Counted from the stretch's first letter, positions 7,730-18,309 are shown. The stretch: DNA of 64,000 bases from Opitutus sp. (GCA_039928945.1 JBDSSD010000123.1:1-64000), one strand, 5' to 3'. Notes: generated by a model not told the origin, from the sequence alone. Made by a program: numbers and translations.

Positions 7730-9940
7730 ATGCCCAACGCGCTTGCTCACGAGAAATCGCCTTATCTGCTCCAGCACGCGGAGAATCCGGTCGCGTGGCT
7801 TCCGTGGGGTGAGGCGGCATTTGCCCGAGCACGCGCGGAGCAAAAGCCCATCTTTTTGAGCATCGGGTACGCGACCTGTCATTGGTGTCACGTGATGGCT
7901 CACGAGTCGTTCGAAAACGAAGAGATCGCGGCGCTCCTGAATGCGTCATTCGTCCCGATTAAAGTCGATCGGGAGGAGCGGCCGGACGTGGACAAAGTGT
8001 ACATGACGTACGTTCAGGCGATGTCCGGGCACGGCGGCTGGCCGTTGAGCGCGTGGCTGACTCCCGAATTGAAACCGTTTTTCGGCGGAACCTACTTTCC
8101 GCCGGAAGACCGGAAGGGGCGCGCCGGTTTCCCTTCGTTGTTGCGGGCGATTGCGAACGGGTGGACACACGAACGGGAAAAGCTCGTGGCCGAAGGAGAC
8201 CGGGTGATCGAAGCGTTGCGGGAGCACGCGGCCGAAAAACAATCGATTGAAACCGAAGCCGTCGGATCAGCGGAAGAGACGTTGGCGGAAGCGGGCGCCG
8301 CTGCGTTTGAGAAATGCTTTCAGCATTTGTATGAATCCTTCGATCCCACCAATGGAGGGTTTGGTGGAGCGCCGAAATTTCCTCGCGCGAGCAATCTCGA
8401 TTTCCTCTTCCGCGCGGCGGCGATGCAAGGCGCGTCGAGCGAGGCGGGGGCGGAAGCCGTGAAGCTCGCGAGTGCGACGCTCCAGGCCATGGCGCGCGGT
8501 GGAATTCACGATCACGTTGGTGGCGGCTATCACCGCTATTCCGTCGATGAATCGTGGTTCGTCCCGCACTTCGAGAAAATGTTGTATGACCAGGCGCAGA
8601 TTGCGGTGAACGCGCTGCAGGCGAAACAGGCCACTGGCGACGAGCGCTTCGGGTGGATGGCGCGGGATATTTTCGACTACGTGTTGCGCGATCTGGCGCA
8701 CGGGGACGGCGGCTTCTATTCGGCTGAGGACGCGGATAGTCTCGTGACGCTCGGCCGGACGGAGCACGCGGAAGGTGCGTTTTATGTTTGGACCCAGGCC
8801 GAGATCGCGGCGGCGCTCGGCGATGACGCACCCTTGTTTTGCGCCCATGCGGGCGTGGCGGAAAACGGCAACGTTCCAACTGAGCTGGATCCACAAGGAG
8901 AACTCGCGGGGAAAAATATCCTGACGCAGCGGCAGTCTCTCGTGACGACGGCACGTCGCTACAACCTTTCGCCGGAGGAGACCAGCGACCGGATCGTGCG
9001 CTCGCTCGAAAAACTGCGGGCGGTCCGGGAGCGACGTCCGCGTCCGTTACGCGACGACAAGATCATCACCGCCTGGAACGGTCTGATGATTTCTGCGCTC
9101 GCACGAGGGTATCAGATCTTCGGGCACGATGAAGGGCCTGCGGCTGGGCAGAGCCAGCGTTACCTCGACGCGGCGATTCGCGCGGCTGAGTTCATCCGCC
9201 GGGAACTCTATGACGAGGGCTCGAATGTACTGTACCGGAGCTGGCGTCAAAATCGGGGCGCGACCGAAGGCTTTGCGGAGGATTACGCGTGTTTGATCCA
9301 AGGGCTGTTGGACCTGTACGAAGCCGGTTTCGACCGAGGCTGGCTGGCGTGGGGTGAGGAACTGCAGCGGACGATGGATACGCGGTTTTGGGATGCCGAG
9401 CGGGGGGGCTACTACAATTCTCAATCGGGTGATGCGGCGATCATCCTTCGTCTCAAAGAGGATTACGACGGCGCCGAGCCCGCGCCGAGTTCAGTGGCGG
9501 CCGTAAACCTGCACCGGTTCGCCGCGATCTTTGACGACGGCGAGGACAAGGCAGAGGCGTCCCGAATGAGCTATCGCGCACGTGGTCGCGCGTGCCTGGC
9601 GGCGTTTCGTCAGCAATGGAGTGGGACGCCGTACGCGATGCCGCAAATGCTCACCGCGATGGAGCTGGCACTCGATGACCCGCGGCACGTCGTGATTGTC
9701 GGAGATCCGACGTCCGCCGCGTATCGCGCGTTGATCGCGGTGATTCACGAACGACTCGGTCGGCGGAGAAGTCTCATCGGCATAACGTCAGACGAAGACC
9801 GCGCGTGGTTCGGCGCCCGCGCTCCGTGGCTGACCGACATGCGGGAGAAAGAGGGTCGGCCGACCGCGTACGTGTGTGAAGAGTTCACGTGTCAGGCGCC
9901 CGTCAGCGATCCCGAGGCGCTGAAAAAGCTGCTCGGATGA
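7730..9940 (+). CDS. thioredoxin-domain protein of the DUF255/YyaL (spermatogenesis-associated-20-like) family
   Basis: The 736-aa ORF has an N-terminal thioredoxin-like CxxC (..[21 protein letters not shown]..) followed by a six-hairpin glycosidase-like domain. Confidence 0.8.
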   Translation: MPNALAHEKSPYLLQHAENPVAWLPWGEAAFARARAEQKPIFLSIGYATCHWCHVMAHESFENEEIAALLNASFVPIKVDREERPDVDKVYMTYVQAMSGHGGWPLSAWLTPELKPFFGGTYFPPEDRKGRAGFPSLLRAIANGWTHEREKLVAEGDRVIEALREHAAEKQSIETEAVGSAEETLAEAGAAAFEKCFQHLYESFDPTNGGFGGAPKFPRASNLDFLFRAAAMQGASSEAGAEAVKLASATLQAMARGGIHDHVGGGYHRYSVDESWFVPHFEKMLYDQAQIAVNALQAKQATGDERFGWMARDIFDYVLRDLAHGDGGFYSAEDADSLVTLGRTEHAEGAFYVWTQAEIAAALGDDAPLFCAHAGVAENGNVPTELDPQGELAGKNILTQRQSLVTTARRYNLSPEETSDRIVRSLEKLRAVRERRPRPLRDDKIITAWNGLMISALARGYQIFGHDEGPAAGQSQRYLDAAIRAAEFIRRELYDEGSNVLYRSWRQNRGATEGFAEDYACLIQGLLDLYEAGFDRGWLAWGEELQRTMDTRFWDAERGGYYNSQSGDAAIILRLKEDYDGAEPAPSSVAAVNLHRFAAIFDDGEDKAEASRMSYRARGRACLAAFRQQWSGTPYAMPQMLTAMELALDDPRHVVIVGDPTSAAYRALIAVIHERLGRRRSLIGITSDEDRAWFGARAPWLTDMREKEGRPTAYVCEEFTCQAPVSDPEALKKLLG

Positions 9941-9965
9941 TCGGTGGATTGTGGTCTCTTCGAGT

Positions 9966-10070
9966 GGAGGGACGAGCTCCGTCTCGTCCGTCATGGTCGG
10001 GCGTCGTTGATGAGCAATCGATTTGATCGCGGATAGGCACGCAGGCGGACGACACGGAGGTCGTCCCTCC
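9966..10070. repeat. Inverted REP doublet (copies A4 at 9966-9990 and A5 at 10046-10070) in a convergent intergenic region
   Basis: ggagggacgagctccgtctcgtccg and cggacgacacggaggtcgtccctcc sit in opposite orientation about 55 bp apart. Confidence 0.75.
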
Positions 10071-10146
10071 ATTTTCGGAATCCAACCGTCGCCGTCGTTG
10101 CGTCCTCCGGGCGAGGCAAATCTCGGAATACCCTTTGAGCCGGACG

Positions 10147-12117
10147 CTAATTCGCGACGCGGATCGGAAGGATCACGAACGGCAGGTTTGCGAGGAAGCA
10201 GCGTCGCTGAAGCGTGAACGCGGTGGAGTTGTGCAGCCATCGCGTGATGCGAGTTTCGCGCGCGAACAGCAACTGACCGGCGAAGAAGACCGGGTTGGTG
10301 AAACGCGCGGCCGCGTCCTGCGCCAACTTCATGGCCTCGTTGACGACATCGTGGCCAATCGCGGTGTAAGTGGCAGAGCCGTAGCCATGGCGTCGCGCCC
10401 AATCCGTGTAACGATTCGCTCCCACGTGCGTGTGCTGCCGGAGCGTTTCGATTTCATCGGCGCCTTTGAAATTGCCCGCGTCGACGACGCCCACTTGGAG
10501 GAACACCAGATTGCGAAACGTATTGCCGAACATTTTTGGCACGTGCAACGCGGTGTGCAGCCCCAGGCCATTATAGCCGTTGACAAAGAGAACGGCGGTG
10601 CGCGCGTTCGGATCCAATTCCTCGCTGGCCGGCGTGCGTGAGGTCGTCTCCACGGCGGCGGCCTCGACGATCGTATCCAGCCGGCGGAGCTGCGCGGTGA
10701 CTCCCCGATAGTGGCGTCGAATTCCGACCGCACCAATCGAGAGCAAGGAAGTCACGAGTAACGTCGCCCAACCGCCTTCGGCGAATTTAACGACCGTAAG
10801 CGAGATGAGAATAAACGTCGTGAGCGCGAGTCCGAAACCGTTCAAGACGAGTTTCCGCCGCCAGCGCGGCTCGGTTGCGCGCACCTGCCACCAGTGTCGC
10901 ACCATGCCGAGCTGAGAGAGCGAGAACGTGATGAAGACGTTGATCGAGTACAGCACGACCAGCAGTCCCACCGAGCCTCGGGTGAGGATCATCATGAGCA
11001 ACGCAGCGGCACCCATGAGCAAAATGCCGTTTTGAGTCACGAGGCGGTCGCTGAGGTTCGCGAAGCGTGATGGAAACCAGCGATCGAGCGCCATGTTGGC
11101 GAGGACCCGTGGACCGTCGAGAAAGCCGGCCTGTGCGGCGATGAACAAGAGCGCGCCTTCGGAGGCGAGGGTGACGAGAACGAACGTGGACGCAACGGAG
11201 TGAGGCCACGTGCTCGTGAGTCGCTCCATCAAAACGGCGTTCAGCGTTTTTCCTTCTTCGGGCACGACCGCAAAAAGTAGATAGGCCAGGAGCAAGCCTG
11301 CGACGGTGACGGCGAGCGAGACACCCATGTACACCATCGTGCGTTGCCCGGTCCGGACTCTCGGCTCACGCAAAATCGGTAGTCCGTTGCTGACGGCTTC
11401 GATGCCGGTGTAGGTGCCGGCGCCCATGCTGTAAGCCTTCAAGATCAGCGCGAGCAGTCCAAACCAACCCAGCTGTGAACTCACCGTTTGCACCTCGTGC
11501 ACGGTCGAGGTGGCCACGCCGCCCAGCCCGGACGCATGCGTGATGAACGTATAAAGGAGCGCGAACGCGTGCGTGCCGATGAAGACGAAAAAGACGGGCA
11601 CCCACAGCATGACGGATTCGCGGACGCCGCGCAGATTGATCAACGTAAGCGCGACCACGCCGGCGAGCGCGAACGGCAATTTCCACATGAGCCAGGAGGG
11701 AGGAGCCAGACTGAACAGCGCGTCGGCTCCACTCGCGACGGAGATGGTGATCGTCAATACATAGTCGATCAGGAGTGCGCTGCCCGAGACCACGCCAGCA
11801 GCGGGCGAGAGCAACTTGCTCGCAACCAGATAGCCGCCACCGCCGGTGGGAAACAACGAGATGATCTGGGCGTAGCTGGCACAAATGGCGAGGATCGTGA
11901 CCACCGAGGCGAGCGCCACGAAGATCGCGAGATGAGGATTTTGTCCAAGAGTCCTGAACGTTTCTTCCGGGCCGTAGCACGAGGACGAAAGGCCATCCGC
12001 ACCGAGCCCGACCCACGCGAAGAGCGCGACAAGCGAGACCTTGTGGAAGAGGGTTTCATCGGTGAGCGACCGCGCCTGGCCGATGAAGATGGATCTGATT
12101 CGAGAGAGAGCATTCAT
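10147..12117 (-). CDS. APC-superfamily amino-acid/polyamine permease with a roughly 230-aa C-terminal cytoplasmic extension
   Basis: The 656-aa ORF has about 12 TM segments, then a soluble C-terminal domain. Confidence 0.8.
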   Translation of the reverse strand: MNALSRIRSIFIGQARSLTDETLFHKVSLVALFAWVGLGADGLSSSCYGPEETFRTLGQNPHLAIFVALASVVTILAICASYAQIISLFPTGGGGYLVASKLLSPAAGVVSGSALLIDYVLTITISVASGADALFSLAPPSWLMWKLPFALAGVVALTLINLRGVRESVMLWVPVFFVFIGTHAFALLYTFITHASGLGGVATSTVHEVQTVSSQLGWFGLLALILKAYSMGAGTYTGIEAVSNGLPILREPRVRTGQRTMVYMGVSLAVTVAGLLLAYLLFAVVPEEGKTLNAVLMERLTSTWPHSVASTFVLVTLASEGALLFIAAQAGFLDGPRVLANMALDRWFPSRFANLSDRLVTQNGILLMGAAALLMMILTRGSVGLLVVLYSINVFITFSLSQLGMVRHWWQVRATEPRWRRKLVLNGFGLALTTFILISLTVVKFAEGGWATLLVTSLLSIGAVGIRRHYRGVTAQLRRLDTIVEAAAVETTSRTPASEELDPNARTAVLFVNGYNGLGLHTALHVPKMFGNTFRNLVFLQVGVVDAGNFKGADEIETLRQHTHVGANRYTDWARRHGYGSATYTAIGHDVVNEAMKLAQDAAARFTNPVFFAGQLLFARETRITRWLHNSTAFTLQRRCFLANLPFVILPIRVAN

Positions 12118-12356
12118 TTTTCGAGTACGGCGTGCAGAGTCGGGAACAGAGCAACGAGTGAGGATACGAGCAGGACCGAAGTGAGGACGGGACCGGAGAC
12201 ATCGGTCACCCCGACCTCGCGATCGGACCGTGAGAGCGGCGGCGCAAGGAGCACGATGAGAGCGAGAGCGAAGGCCAGGATGGCGGAAGAACGTGAGCGG
12301 GTTTTCATGGGAGCACTACAGAGCAAAAGGAGACAAGTTTCTGGAGGCAGCCGCAC
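12114..12356 (-). CDS. small hypothetical 2-TM membrane protein, translationally coupled to the APC permease
   Basis: MKTRSRSSAILAFALALIVLLAPP..VLTSVLLVSSLVALFP.. Its stop overlaps the permease start by 4 bp. The internal ATG gives about 64 aa. Confidence 0.4.
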   Translation of the reverse strand: MRLPPETCLLLLCSAPMKTRSRSSAILAFALALIVLLAPPLSRSDREVGVTDVSGPVLTSVLLVSSLVALFPTLHAVLEK

Positions 12357-12413
12357 GGGAAGGAGCTTTAGCGAAGCTGAGTCGTCCCGTGCGGCCGAGT
12401 GGAGCGCAGCGGA

Positions 12414-14348
12414 TTAAGCAGCGCGTTTTTCGATTTTGTCGCGCACGAGCAAGCCGAGCATCGAGTCAAGGAGACCGTTGCCAGAAGCTGCGCCAGTGAC
12501 AGAAACGTCTGGAACAATCCGAACGCCGCGATCGCCGACGGTCTGCATGAGCTGCATCACGGTGTAGCTTTGGGCGCCCAGTGATTCGACACCAGCGCGG
12601 TACGCCTCGGCCTTGGCGCTGCCGGTGGCGCGGATCGCATCCGCTTCGCCAAGCGCGCGTAGTTTGGTCGATTCGGCTTCACCATTGGCAGACCGAATCG
12701 CCGCTTGCGCGTGCAACTCTGCGATCCGAACGCCCTGATCGGCGTCGACCATCTGCTGTTGGATGTTCGCGAGGGCCGTGGCACGCACCAATTCCTGTCG
12801 CTGGCGCTGAGCGGCTTCCTGCGTCTCGTATGTTTTCTTTTCTTCCTCGGCGATCTTTCGATCCGTCTGAGTTTTCATCAGCTCGGCGGGCGGCGTGATG
12901 TCGCCGATCAGCGTATCAATCGCCTGGACATCGTACGCCGCGAGCGCGACTCGGATATGTCCGGCTGCCTCCACCTGCCGCTCACTGCGCGCATTGAGGA
13001 AATCGAGGACGGTGTGATGCTGCGCCGAATTGCGGAAATAATTTCCGACGATGGGTTGCAGCGCGTGGTCCACTAGATTTTGCATCGAACCGAGGCGCGA
13101 GATCACCTTTGGCGCGTCAAGTGCGCCGACGTGGATGATTTGTGAAACGTCCAGATTGAAGGCGAAGCCGTCGCGAGAACGCACGGTAATCGAGTTCAAC
13201 TTGTCATCGTAATGATGGGCTTCGGTGCGGTTGGCCCAGTTCAGCACGATGTTGGTCGTGGGAACGAGTTCGACGCGCATAACCCGGGTGTTGATGGGAT
13301 GTTTTCCGGGATAGAGCGGGCAGACCCAGACACCCTTGTGGCCGACGTTGACGAGGTCGCCGTGCTTGAACGCGACGCCACTCACATCCTCGTGGGCCAG
13401 GCCCACGAATGAAATCACGACGCCGACTGAGCCGATGGGGATGTTGAGCATTGCCACCTGCTCAACCTGGACGAACCACGGATTCAGATTCCAAGAGCCG
13501 GAGAGCAGCACCTGTTCCTGGAGTCCGCGGCGGCCGCCGTCTTCGATGAACGACTGTGCGTTCTGGAAGTTGTCGTGGTCGTGAATGAGCGGACCCGCGA
13601 TTTCGCCGGCATCAATGGGTCGTCCATCCAACGTGGTTACGATGCCGACCATGTCTGATTTGATTTGCGTGATCGTGAGCTGACTACGCGCCATCCCGTG
13701 GTCCTCGGCCGTGTCGGCGGTGATGATTTGGAACAGCGCCGGATTGATTCGGTAAGTGCCCGCGGTGAGCAGCCCGAGCTGCCGGCCTTTTTCGCCGCCG
13801 CCGAGCAGGAATCGCCGGGCGTCCTGGAAATTATCGCACGCCACGACCTTGGCCAGGATGCGTTCGGCTGGAATGGAGGTTCCGGCCGCAGCCACAACCA
13901 AAGCGATCTCGCCTTGGGGTACCACGACGACGTGCGACTTCGCGACCCGGTATTGCCAGAAGAATAAACCGAAGTGGAGCCCCGGCGGCAAAGTATCGGC
14001 CTGATAGCCCGCTTCCCCGGCCAGCGCGATGAATTGACCAGCGGGGAGGTTGCGGCGGGAAAACTTCTTGATGACCAAGCCCACCTGATCTTCGCGGATC
14101 ACCACGAGTCCGAGCATCAGGGGTGAGAGCAACGCAGCGAGGCCGACGAGCACGCCGCGCTCAATCCAGGTGTCAGCCAGGATCAGCGCGAGAGCGGCGA
14201 GGACGACCGCGGCCAAACCAAATAAAATACGCGCAAGCGTGGATCGTTGACTCAAGGCGATGCCCTTGAGCACGAGGCTTGCGCCCAGCAACAGAAGATG
14301 CGCGAGCAAGCTCGCGACACCGATTGAATTAAGGACCGTGGAGGTCAT
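12414..14348 (-). CDS. flotillin-family (SPFH/band-7) protein
   Basis: An N-terminal TM segment and SPFH domain are followed by a long Ala/Glu-rich coiled coil (..KIAEEEKKTYETQEAAQRQRQELVRATALANIQQQ..AEAYRAG..), typical of YqiK/FloT-like flotillins. Confidence 0.85.
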   Translation of the reverse strand: MTSTVLNSIGVASLLAHLLLLGASLVLKGIALSQRSTLARILFGLAAVVLAALALILADTWIERGVLVGLAALLSPLMLGLVVIREDQVGLVIKKFSRRNLPAGQFIALAGEAGYQADTLPPGLHFGLFFWQYRVAKSHVVVVPQGEIALVVAAAGTSIPAERILAKVVACDNFQDARRFLLGGGEKGRQLGLLTAGTYRINPALFQIITADTAEDHGMARSQLTITQIKSDMVGIVTTLDGRPIDAGEIAGPLIHDHDNFQNAQSFIEDGGRRGLQEQVLLSGSWNLNPWFVQVEQVAMLNIPIGSVGVVISFVGLAHEDVSGVAFKHGDLVNVGHKGVWVCPLYPGKHPINTRVMRVELVPTTNIVLNWANRTEAHHYDDKLNSITVRSRDGFAFNLDVSQIIHVGALDAPKVISRLGSMQNLVDHALQPIVGNYFRNSAQHHTVLDFLNARSERQVEAAGHIRVALAAYDVQAIDTLIGDITPPAELMKTQTDRKIAEEEKKTYETQEAAQRQRQELVRATALANIQQQMVDADQGVRIAELHAQAAIRSANGEAESTKLRALGEADAIRATGSAKAEAYRAGVESLGAQSYTVMQLMQTVGDRGVRIVPDVSVTGAASGNGLLDSMLGLLVRDKIEKRAA

Positions 14349-14798
14349 GAGAGGTCTCCCAAAAGCACGGCTACGCCCGCGGTATTCCCGCGGACACGGA
14401 CATGCGGCTGCGTTGGAGCGACCGTGGAGGCACCGCGAAAGCGGGCTCTAGTGGATCACCCTTCCCATTGCCGACGAGGTTAGCTGACGGGCTTGGTCCT
14501 AGGAAGTGACCTTGGTCGCAGTTACCTGCCACCTTTCGCCCCGTCCGCGGCGTTGAGCGCTGCGGAATTTGGTTCCCCCGTGAAAACGCCGAGGAAGCGG
14601 CGTCGCCTTAGGCGGTGAAAGAACAACTTACGCCGGCGACAATGTGCGCGGGACCCGAGCCGGCAAGAGTTCTTCGGACGTTCGATGCGCAACCGATCGG
14701 TGCAACGGACACATGGCCGTTTTTTTTACGAGCAAGGTACCGCGTCCAAAAGACGAATGCAGGCTGGCCGCGGGCCGCGAGGGGGTGCAATCTACCGA
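14349..14798 (+). promoter_or_regulatory. Roughly 450-nt non-coding leader upstream of the DEAD-box helicase (possible long structured 5'-UTR, or an unannotated sRNA)
   Basis: There is no convincing ORF. Several local stem-forming segments are present. deaD/csdA-type genes classically have long cold-regulated leaders. Confidence 0.3.
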
Positions 14799-16622
14799 AT
14801 GGACAAATTACGTTTCACCGAGCTCGGGCTCTCTGAGGACATCTTAAAGGCCGTCGACAAGATGGGATTCGAGGAGGCTTCGCCGATTCAAACCGCGGTG
14901 ATACCGACGATTTTGCAGGGACGGGATGTGGTCGGCATGTCGTCGACCGGCTCGGGCAAAACCGTGGCCTTCGCCATCCCTGCCATCGAGAAAGTGGATC
15001 CGAAGCTACGGGCCGTGCAGGTGCTAATCTTGTGTCCGACGCGCGAACTCGCGGTTCAGGTTGCGGAGGAAACCGGTAAAATCGCTTTCTTCAAACGCGG
15101 GGTGATGGGCGTGCCGATTTACGGCGGACAAAGTTACGAGCGGCAGTTTCGCGCCCTGGCCGCGGGTGCGCAGGTGGTGATCGGGACGCCGGGGCGGGTG
15201 ATGGACCACATGGAGCGGGGAACGCTGAAACTCGATTCGTTGAAAATGGTGATCCTCGATGAAACCGACCGGATGCTCGACATGGGCTTTCGCGATGACA
15301 TCGAGCACATTTTGAAAGCGGTACCGGCAACGCGGCAGCTGTTGTTTTTCTCCGCCACGATTCCACGCGGCATTCAGGACTTGATCGGTCGGTATTCGAA
15401 AGATCCGGCGTGGATCAAAATCGAGTCCGTCGCGCAAAATGCGCCGCAAGTGGAGCAGATCTATTTCGAGGTGGACCGCCGGTCGAAAATCGAAGCATTG
15501 ACCCGACTCATCGATGTGCACGATTTCCGCTACGGCATCATTTTCTGCAGTACGAAAATCATGGTGGATGATCTGGACGAACACCTGCACTCGCGAGGGT
15601 ACATGACGGACCGCCTGCACGGCGACATTTCGCAGATGCAGCGTGACCGCGTGATGGATAAGTTTCGCCGGCGCGGATTTGAATTCCTCGTGGCGACGGA
15701 TGTTGCGGCCCGAGGGCTCGACGTCGATGACCTCGAAGTCGTGTTTAATTTCGACCTGCCGAACGACGCGGAAGACTACACGCATCGGATCGGGCGAACG
15801 GGACGAGCGGGGAAATCAGGCCGCGCCTTCACCTTCGTCTCCGGTCAGGAGATCTACAAGCTGCAGAGCATGGTGCGCTGGGCGAAGCTCGATATCCGCC
15901 GGGGCAAACTGCCATCGCTGGATGAAGTCGAAGAAGCGCGCACGAACGTGTTTTTCGACAAGATTCGGGCCACGCTGGATGCGAAGCAGTTCAAACCGCA
16001 TGACGGCATGATCGATCGCTTGCTTGATCAAGGTTACGCGAGCACCGACATCTGCTCGGCTCTGATCCACATGCTTCAGATTGTCCCGGGCGCGGCTGAA
16101 AAGAAGCCCGGCGCCGCAGCGGCGTCTGTCAAAGCCGCCGCACCGACCTCGAGTCCTGCAGCCGCTCCCGCGCCGGCGTCCCGTGCGGTCAAACCGGCAC
16201 CCACGTGGGCGAAACCGGTCGCAACGCCGAAAGCGAAAGCGGCCAAACCCGACGTGCAGCCGGCCCCGCCGCGTGAGACTCCAGCCGCGCCCGCTCTGGA
16301 GTCCGAAGAAACCGATGACGACGGCGCACCGAAAAAATCCAAATACGAGCGTCCGGCGCGAACGGGACGCGAGCCCGGCATGGTGACGATTTTTCTGAAC
16401 GTTGGGCGCAAACAAGTCGTCACTCCGGCGGACATTGTGGGCAAGATATCAGGCGTGACGCGGTTGACCGCGAATGTCGTGGGCGCGATCGATATCCATC
16501 AGCGGCATACGCTGGCGGACGTCGCCGAGGACCACGCCGAGTTCATCGTCACCAAGCTCAAAGGCGTGAAGCTCAAGGGCGTCGCGCTGGAGCCGTCGCT
16601 GGCTGCGTCTGAGCCACAGTGA
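14799..16622 (+). CDS. DEAD-box ATP-dependent RNA helicase (DeaD/CsdA-like) with a C-terminal DbpA-type RNA-binding domain
   Basis: Q motif, AxTGSGKT, DEAD (VILDETDRM), SAT and HRIGRTGRAG motifs are present. A Lys/Ala/Pro-rich linker precedes a C-terminal ..GMVTIFLNVGRKQVVTPADIVG.. DbpA domain. The ATG at 14799 was verified. The track ORF is over-extended from 14685. Confidence 0.9.
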   Translation: MDKLRFTELGLSEDILKAVDKMGFEEASPIQTAVIPTILQGRDVVGMSSTGSGKTVAFAIPAIEKVDPKLRAVQVLILCPTRELAVQVAEETGKIAFFKRGVMGVPIYGGQSYERQFRALAAGAQVVIGTPGRVMDHMERGTLKLDSLKMVILDETDRMLDMGFRDDIEHILKAVPATRQLLFFSATIPRGIQDLIGRYSKDPAWIKIESVAQNAPQVEQIYFEVDRRSKIEALTRLIDVHDFRYGIIFCSTKIMVDDLDEHLHSRGYMTDRLHGDISQMQRDRVMDKFRRRGFEFLVATDVAARGLDVDDLEVVFNFDLPNDAEDYTHRIGRTGRAGKSGRAFTFVSGQEIYKLQSMVRWAKLDIRRGKLPSLDEVEEARTNVFFDKIRATLDAKQFKPHDGMIDRLLDQGYASTDICSALIHMLQIVPGAAEKKPGAAAASVKAAAPTSSPAAAPAPASRAVKPAPTWAKPVATPKAKAAKPDVQPAPPRETPAAPALESEETDDDGAPKKSKYERPARTGREPGMVTIFLNVGRKQVVTPADIVGKISGVTRLTANVVGAIDIHQRHTLADVAEDHAEFIVTKLKGVKLKGVALEPSLAASEPQ

Positions 16623-16693
16623 AAGGTAGGGCGAGGCGTCCCCGCCGAGCCGTTTCAGAGCGCGGCTCACCAAGAGGGTTCGCCCTACCTTTC
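16621..16693 (+). terminator. Long hairpin just after the helicase stop (14-bp perfect stem GAAAGGTAGGGCGA / TCGCCCTACCTTTC, 45-nt loop); terminator or REP-like element
   Basis: The perfect inverted repeat was verified in the sequence. No U-tract follows. Confidence 0.35.
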
Positions 16694-16767
16694 GATCACC
16701 GGACAAAGACCGTCAGGTCCGAGGCCTTGACACGGCAACGGAGCGGAGGTTATTGCCCTCGCCCCGT

Positions 16768-17385
16768 ATGGAGGTCGCGCTCGATCAACCGGTGCTGGTT
16801 TTAAACCGCCTGTGGCAGGCGGTGAACGTCATCGGCGCGCGTCGGGCTTTTGGGCTGCTGGCGCGAGGTCATGCGCAGGTCGTGCATCACCACGATGAGG
16901 ACTTTCGTACGTTTGGCCTCCTCGATTGGATTGATTTCTCAACGAACAATCCGCCACTGGTGCCGCTGGAGACGGTGCATACCCCGAACCGGACAATTCG
17001 GCTGCCGCGGGTCATTCTCCTCACGTTCTTCGACAAGCTGCCGTGCAAGGAGCTCAAGCTGACGCGCAACAATATTTTCGAACGAGATAAGAACACCTGT
17101 CAGTATTGCAGCCGCGTATTACCTCGCGAACAGCTGAACCTGGACCACGTTATCCCGCGCGATTACGGCGGGAAGACGACGTGGGAGAACATCGTTTGCT
17201 CCTGCATCAAGTGTAACACGAAGAAGGCGAATCGGCTTCCGCACGAAGCTCGGCTCCGCTTGATCCGGAAACCGGTGAAACCGAAGTGGCGTCCGGTCAT
17301 CTCTCTCGTCCTTGGAACGCAGCACCGCGAAATGTGGAAAGACTTCCTCGATCTCGCGTATTGGAACGTCGAGCTCGACGAATAA
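16768..17385 (+). CDS. HNH endonuclease-family protein
   Basis: ..CQYCSRVLPREQLNLDHVIPRDYGGKTTWENIVCSCIKCNTKKANR.. carries the HNH/Cys4 motif. Confidence 0.8.
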   Translation: MEVALDQPVLVLNRLWQAVNVIGARRAFGLLARGHAQVVHHHDEDFRTFGLLDWIDFSTNNPPLVPLETVHTPNRTIRLPRVILLTFFDKLPCKELKLTRNNIFERDKNTCQYCSRVLPREQLNLDHVIPRDYGGKTTWENIVCSCIKCNTKKANRLPHEARLRLIRKPVKPKWRPVISLVLGTQHREMWKDFLDLAYWNVELDE

Positions 17386-17495
17386 CGGTCAGGCAACAGC
17401 GGTGCTGTTGCGGGTGGCGAGGCGTGGATTCTCAGGCGAGGAAACGTCCGAAGTCCGGAATTGCGGTAGCGATGTGAGTTCGGCACGTTTCGCCC

Positions 17496-18017
17496 ATGAT
17501 CGCGACTCTCGTCATGACGGTGATCGGTGCCGACCGACCGGGCCTTGTTCAACTCCTTGCCGGGCGCATCGCGGACCATGGCGGAAACTGGCTGGAGAGC
17601 CGGATGTGTCGGTTGGGCGGTCAGTTCGCCGGCATTCTGAGTGTCGAAGTCGCGGCGGAACGGGCGGACGAACTCGTGCGTCAACTCAAGCAACTCGAAG
17701 CCGAAGGACTGCGAGTGATTGTTCACGCGGAAAGCGGCGAAATGCTCACGGCAAAAGGTTCACTCGCGACGATGGCGTTGGTCGGACAGGATCGTCCCGG
17801 GATTTTACGCAGCGTCTCGGCCGTGCTGGCGGCCCATAACGTAAACGTCGAGGAACTCGCCTCAGAGCGAGTTAGCGCTCCGATGGGTGGTGGCACGCTC
17901 TTCCAAGCCACGGCGACCGTGTTGGTGCCACCGGCGGCAAATCTCGCGGCGATTCGCGTCGATCTCGAAAAGATCGCTGCGGACTTGATGGTCGATCTGA
18001 AGCTGCAGCTGAAATAG
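17496..18017 (+). CDS. tandem ACT-domain protein (GcvR-like glycine-cleavage regulator family)
   Basis: Two ACT repeats are present (MIATLVMTVIGADRPGLVQLLAGRIADHGGN.. and ..TMALVGQDRPGILRSVSAVLAAHNVNVEEL..). Confidence 0.75.
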   Translation: MIATLVMTVIGADRPGLVQLLAGRIADHGGNWLESRMCRLGGQFAGILSVEVAAERADELVRQLKQLEAEGLRVIVHAESGEMLTAKGSLATMALVGQDRPGILRSVSAVLAAHNVNVEELASERVSAPMGGGTLFQATATVLVPPAANLAAIRVDLEKIAADLMVDLKLQLK

Positions 18018-18069
18018 CACTTCGGACGCTCCAAGGGCCGCAGAGGCGGGGCGCCGCCCAGACGCACCG

Positions 18070-18297
18070 CTATTTTCCGCTGAACTTCTGGCGTACGACC
18101 AGGAACAATACCGTCGCAACGACGACATCCGTCGCTGCCACCATCAGCCGGACCGGCAAGGGGAGAGACGTGAGGAATCCCCCGACGATCACCGCGGCGA
18201 GCAGGAGAAATCCGATGACCACCTTCAGTCCGGCGGCCTGACGTGAGCGCTCTTTGGCGATCTGCGTTTCATCGAGTGGCGGATGGGAGTTGGACAT
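18070..18297 (-). CDS. small hypothetical membrane protein (2 TM)
   Basis: ..VVIGFLLLAAVIVGGFLTSLP..LMVAATDVVVATVLFLVV.. lies immediately downstream of the sensor kinase on the same strand. Confidence 0.45.
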   Translation of the reverse strand: MSNSHPPLDETQIAKERSRQAAGLKVVIGFLLLAAVIVGGFLTSLPLPVRLMVAATDVVVATVLFLVVRQKFSGK

Positions 18298-18309
18298 GAC
18301 AACGACAGG

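Noticed and set aside
7959-8954. 331-aa minus-strand ORF (Arg/Pro/Ser-rich) inside the DUF255 thioredoxin gene
   Set aside because: It is antisense to a well-supported gene and has low-complexity, Arg-rich composition typical of GC-rich shadow ORFs. Similar artefacts occur at 15024-15785 (inside the helicase), 21342-22688 (inside glnD), 54621-55457 and 55488-57110 (inside the TonB receptor), 23399-23863 (inside valS) and 28365-28925 (inside htpG).
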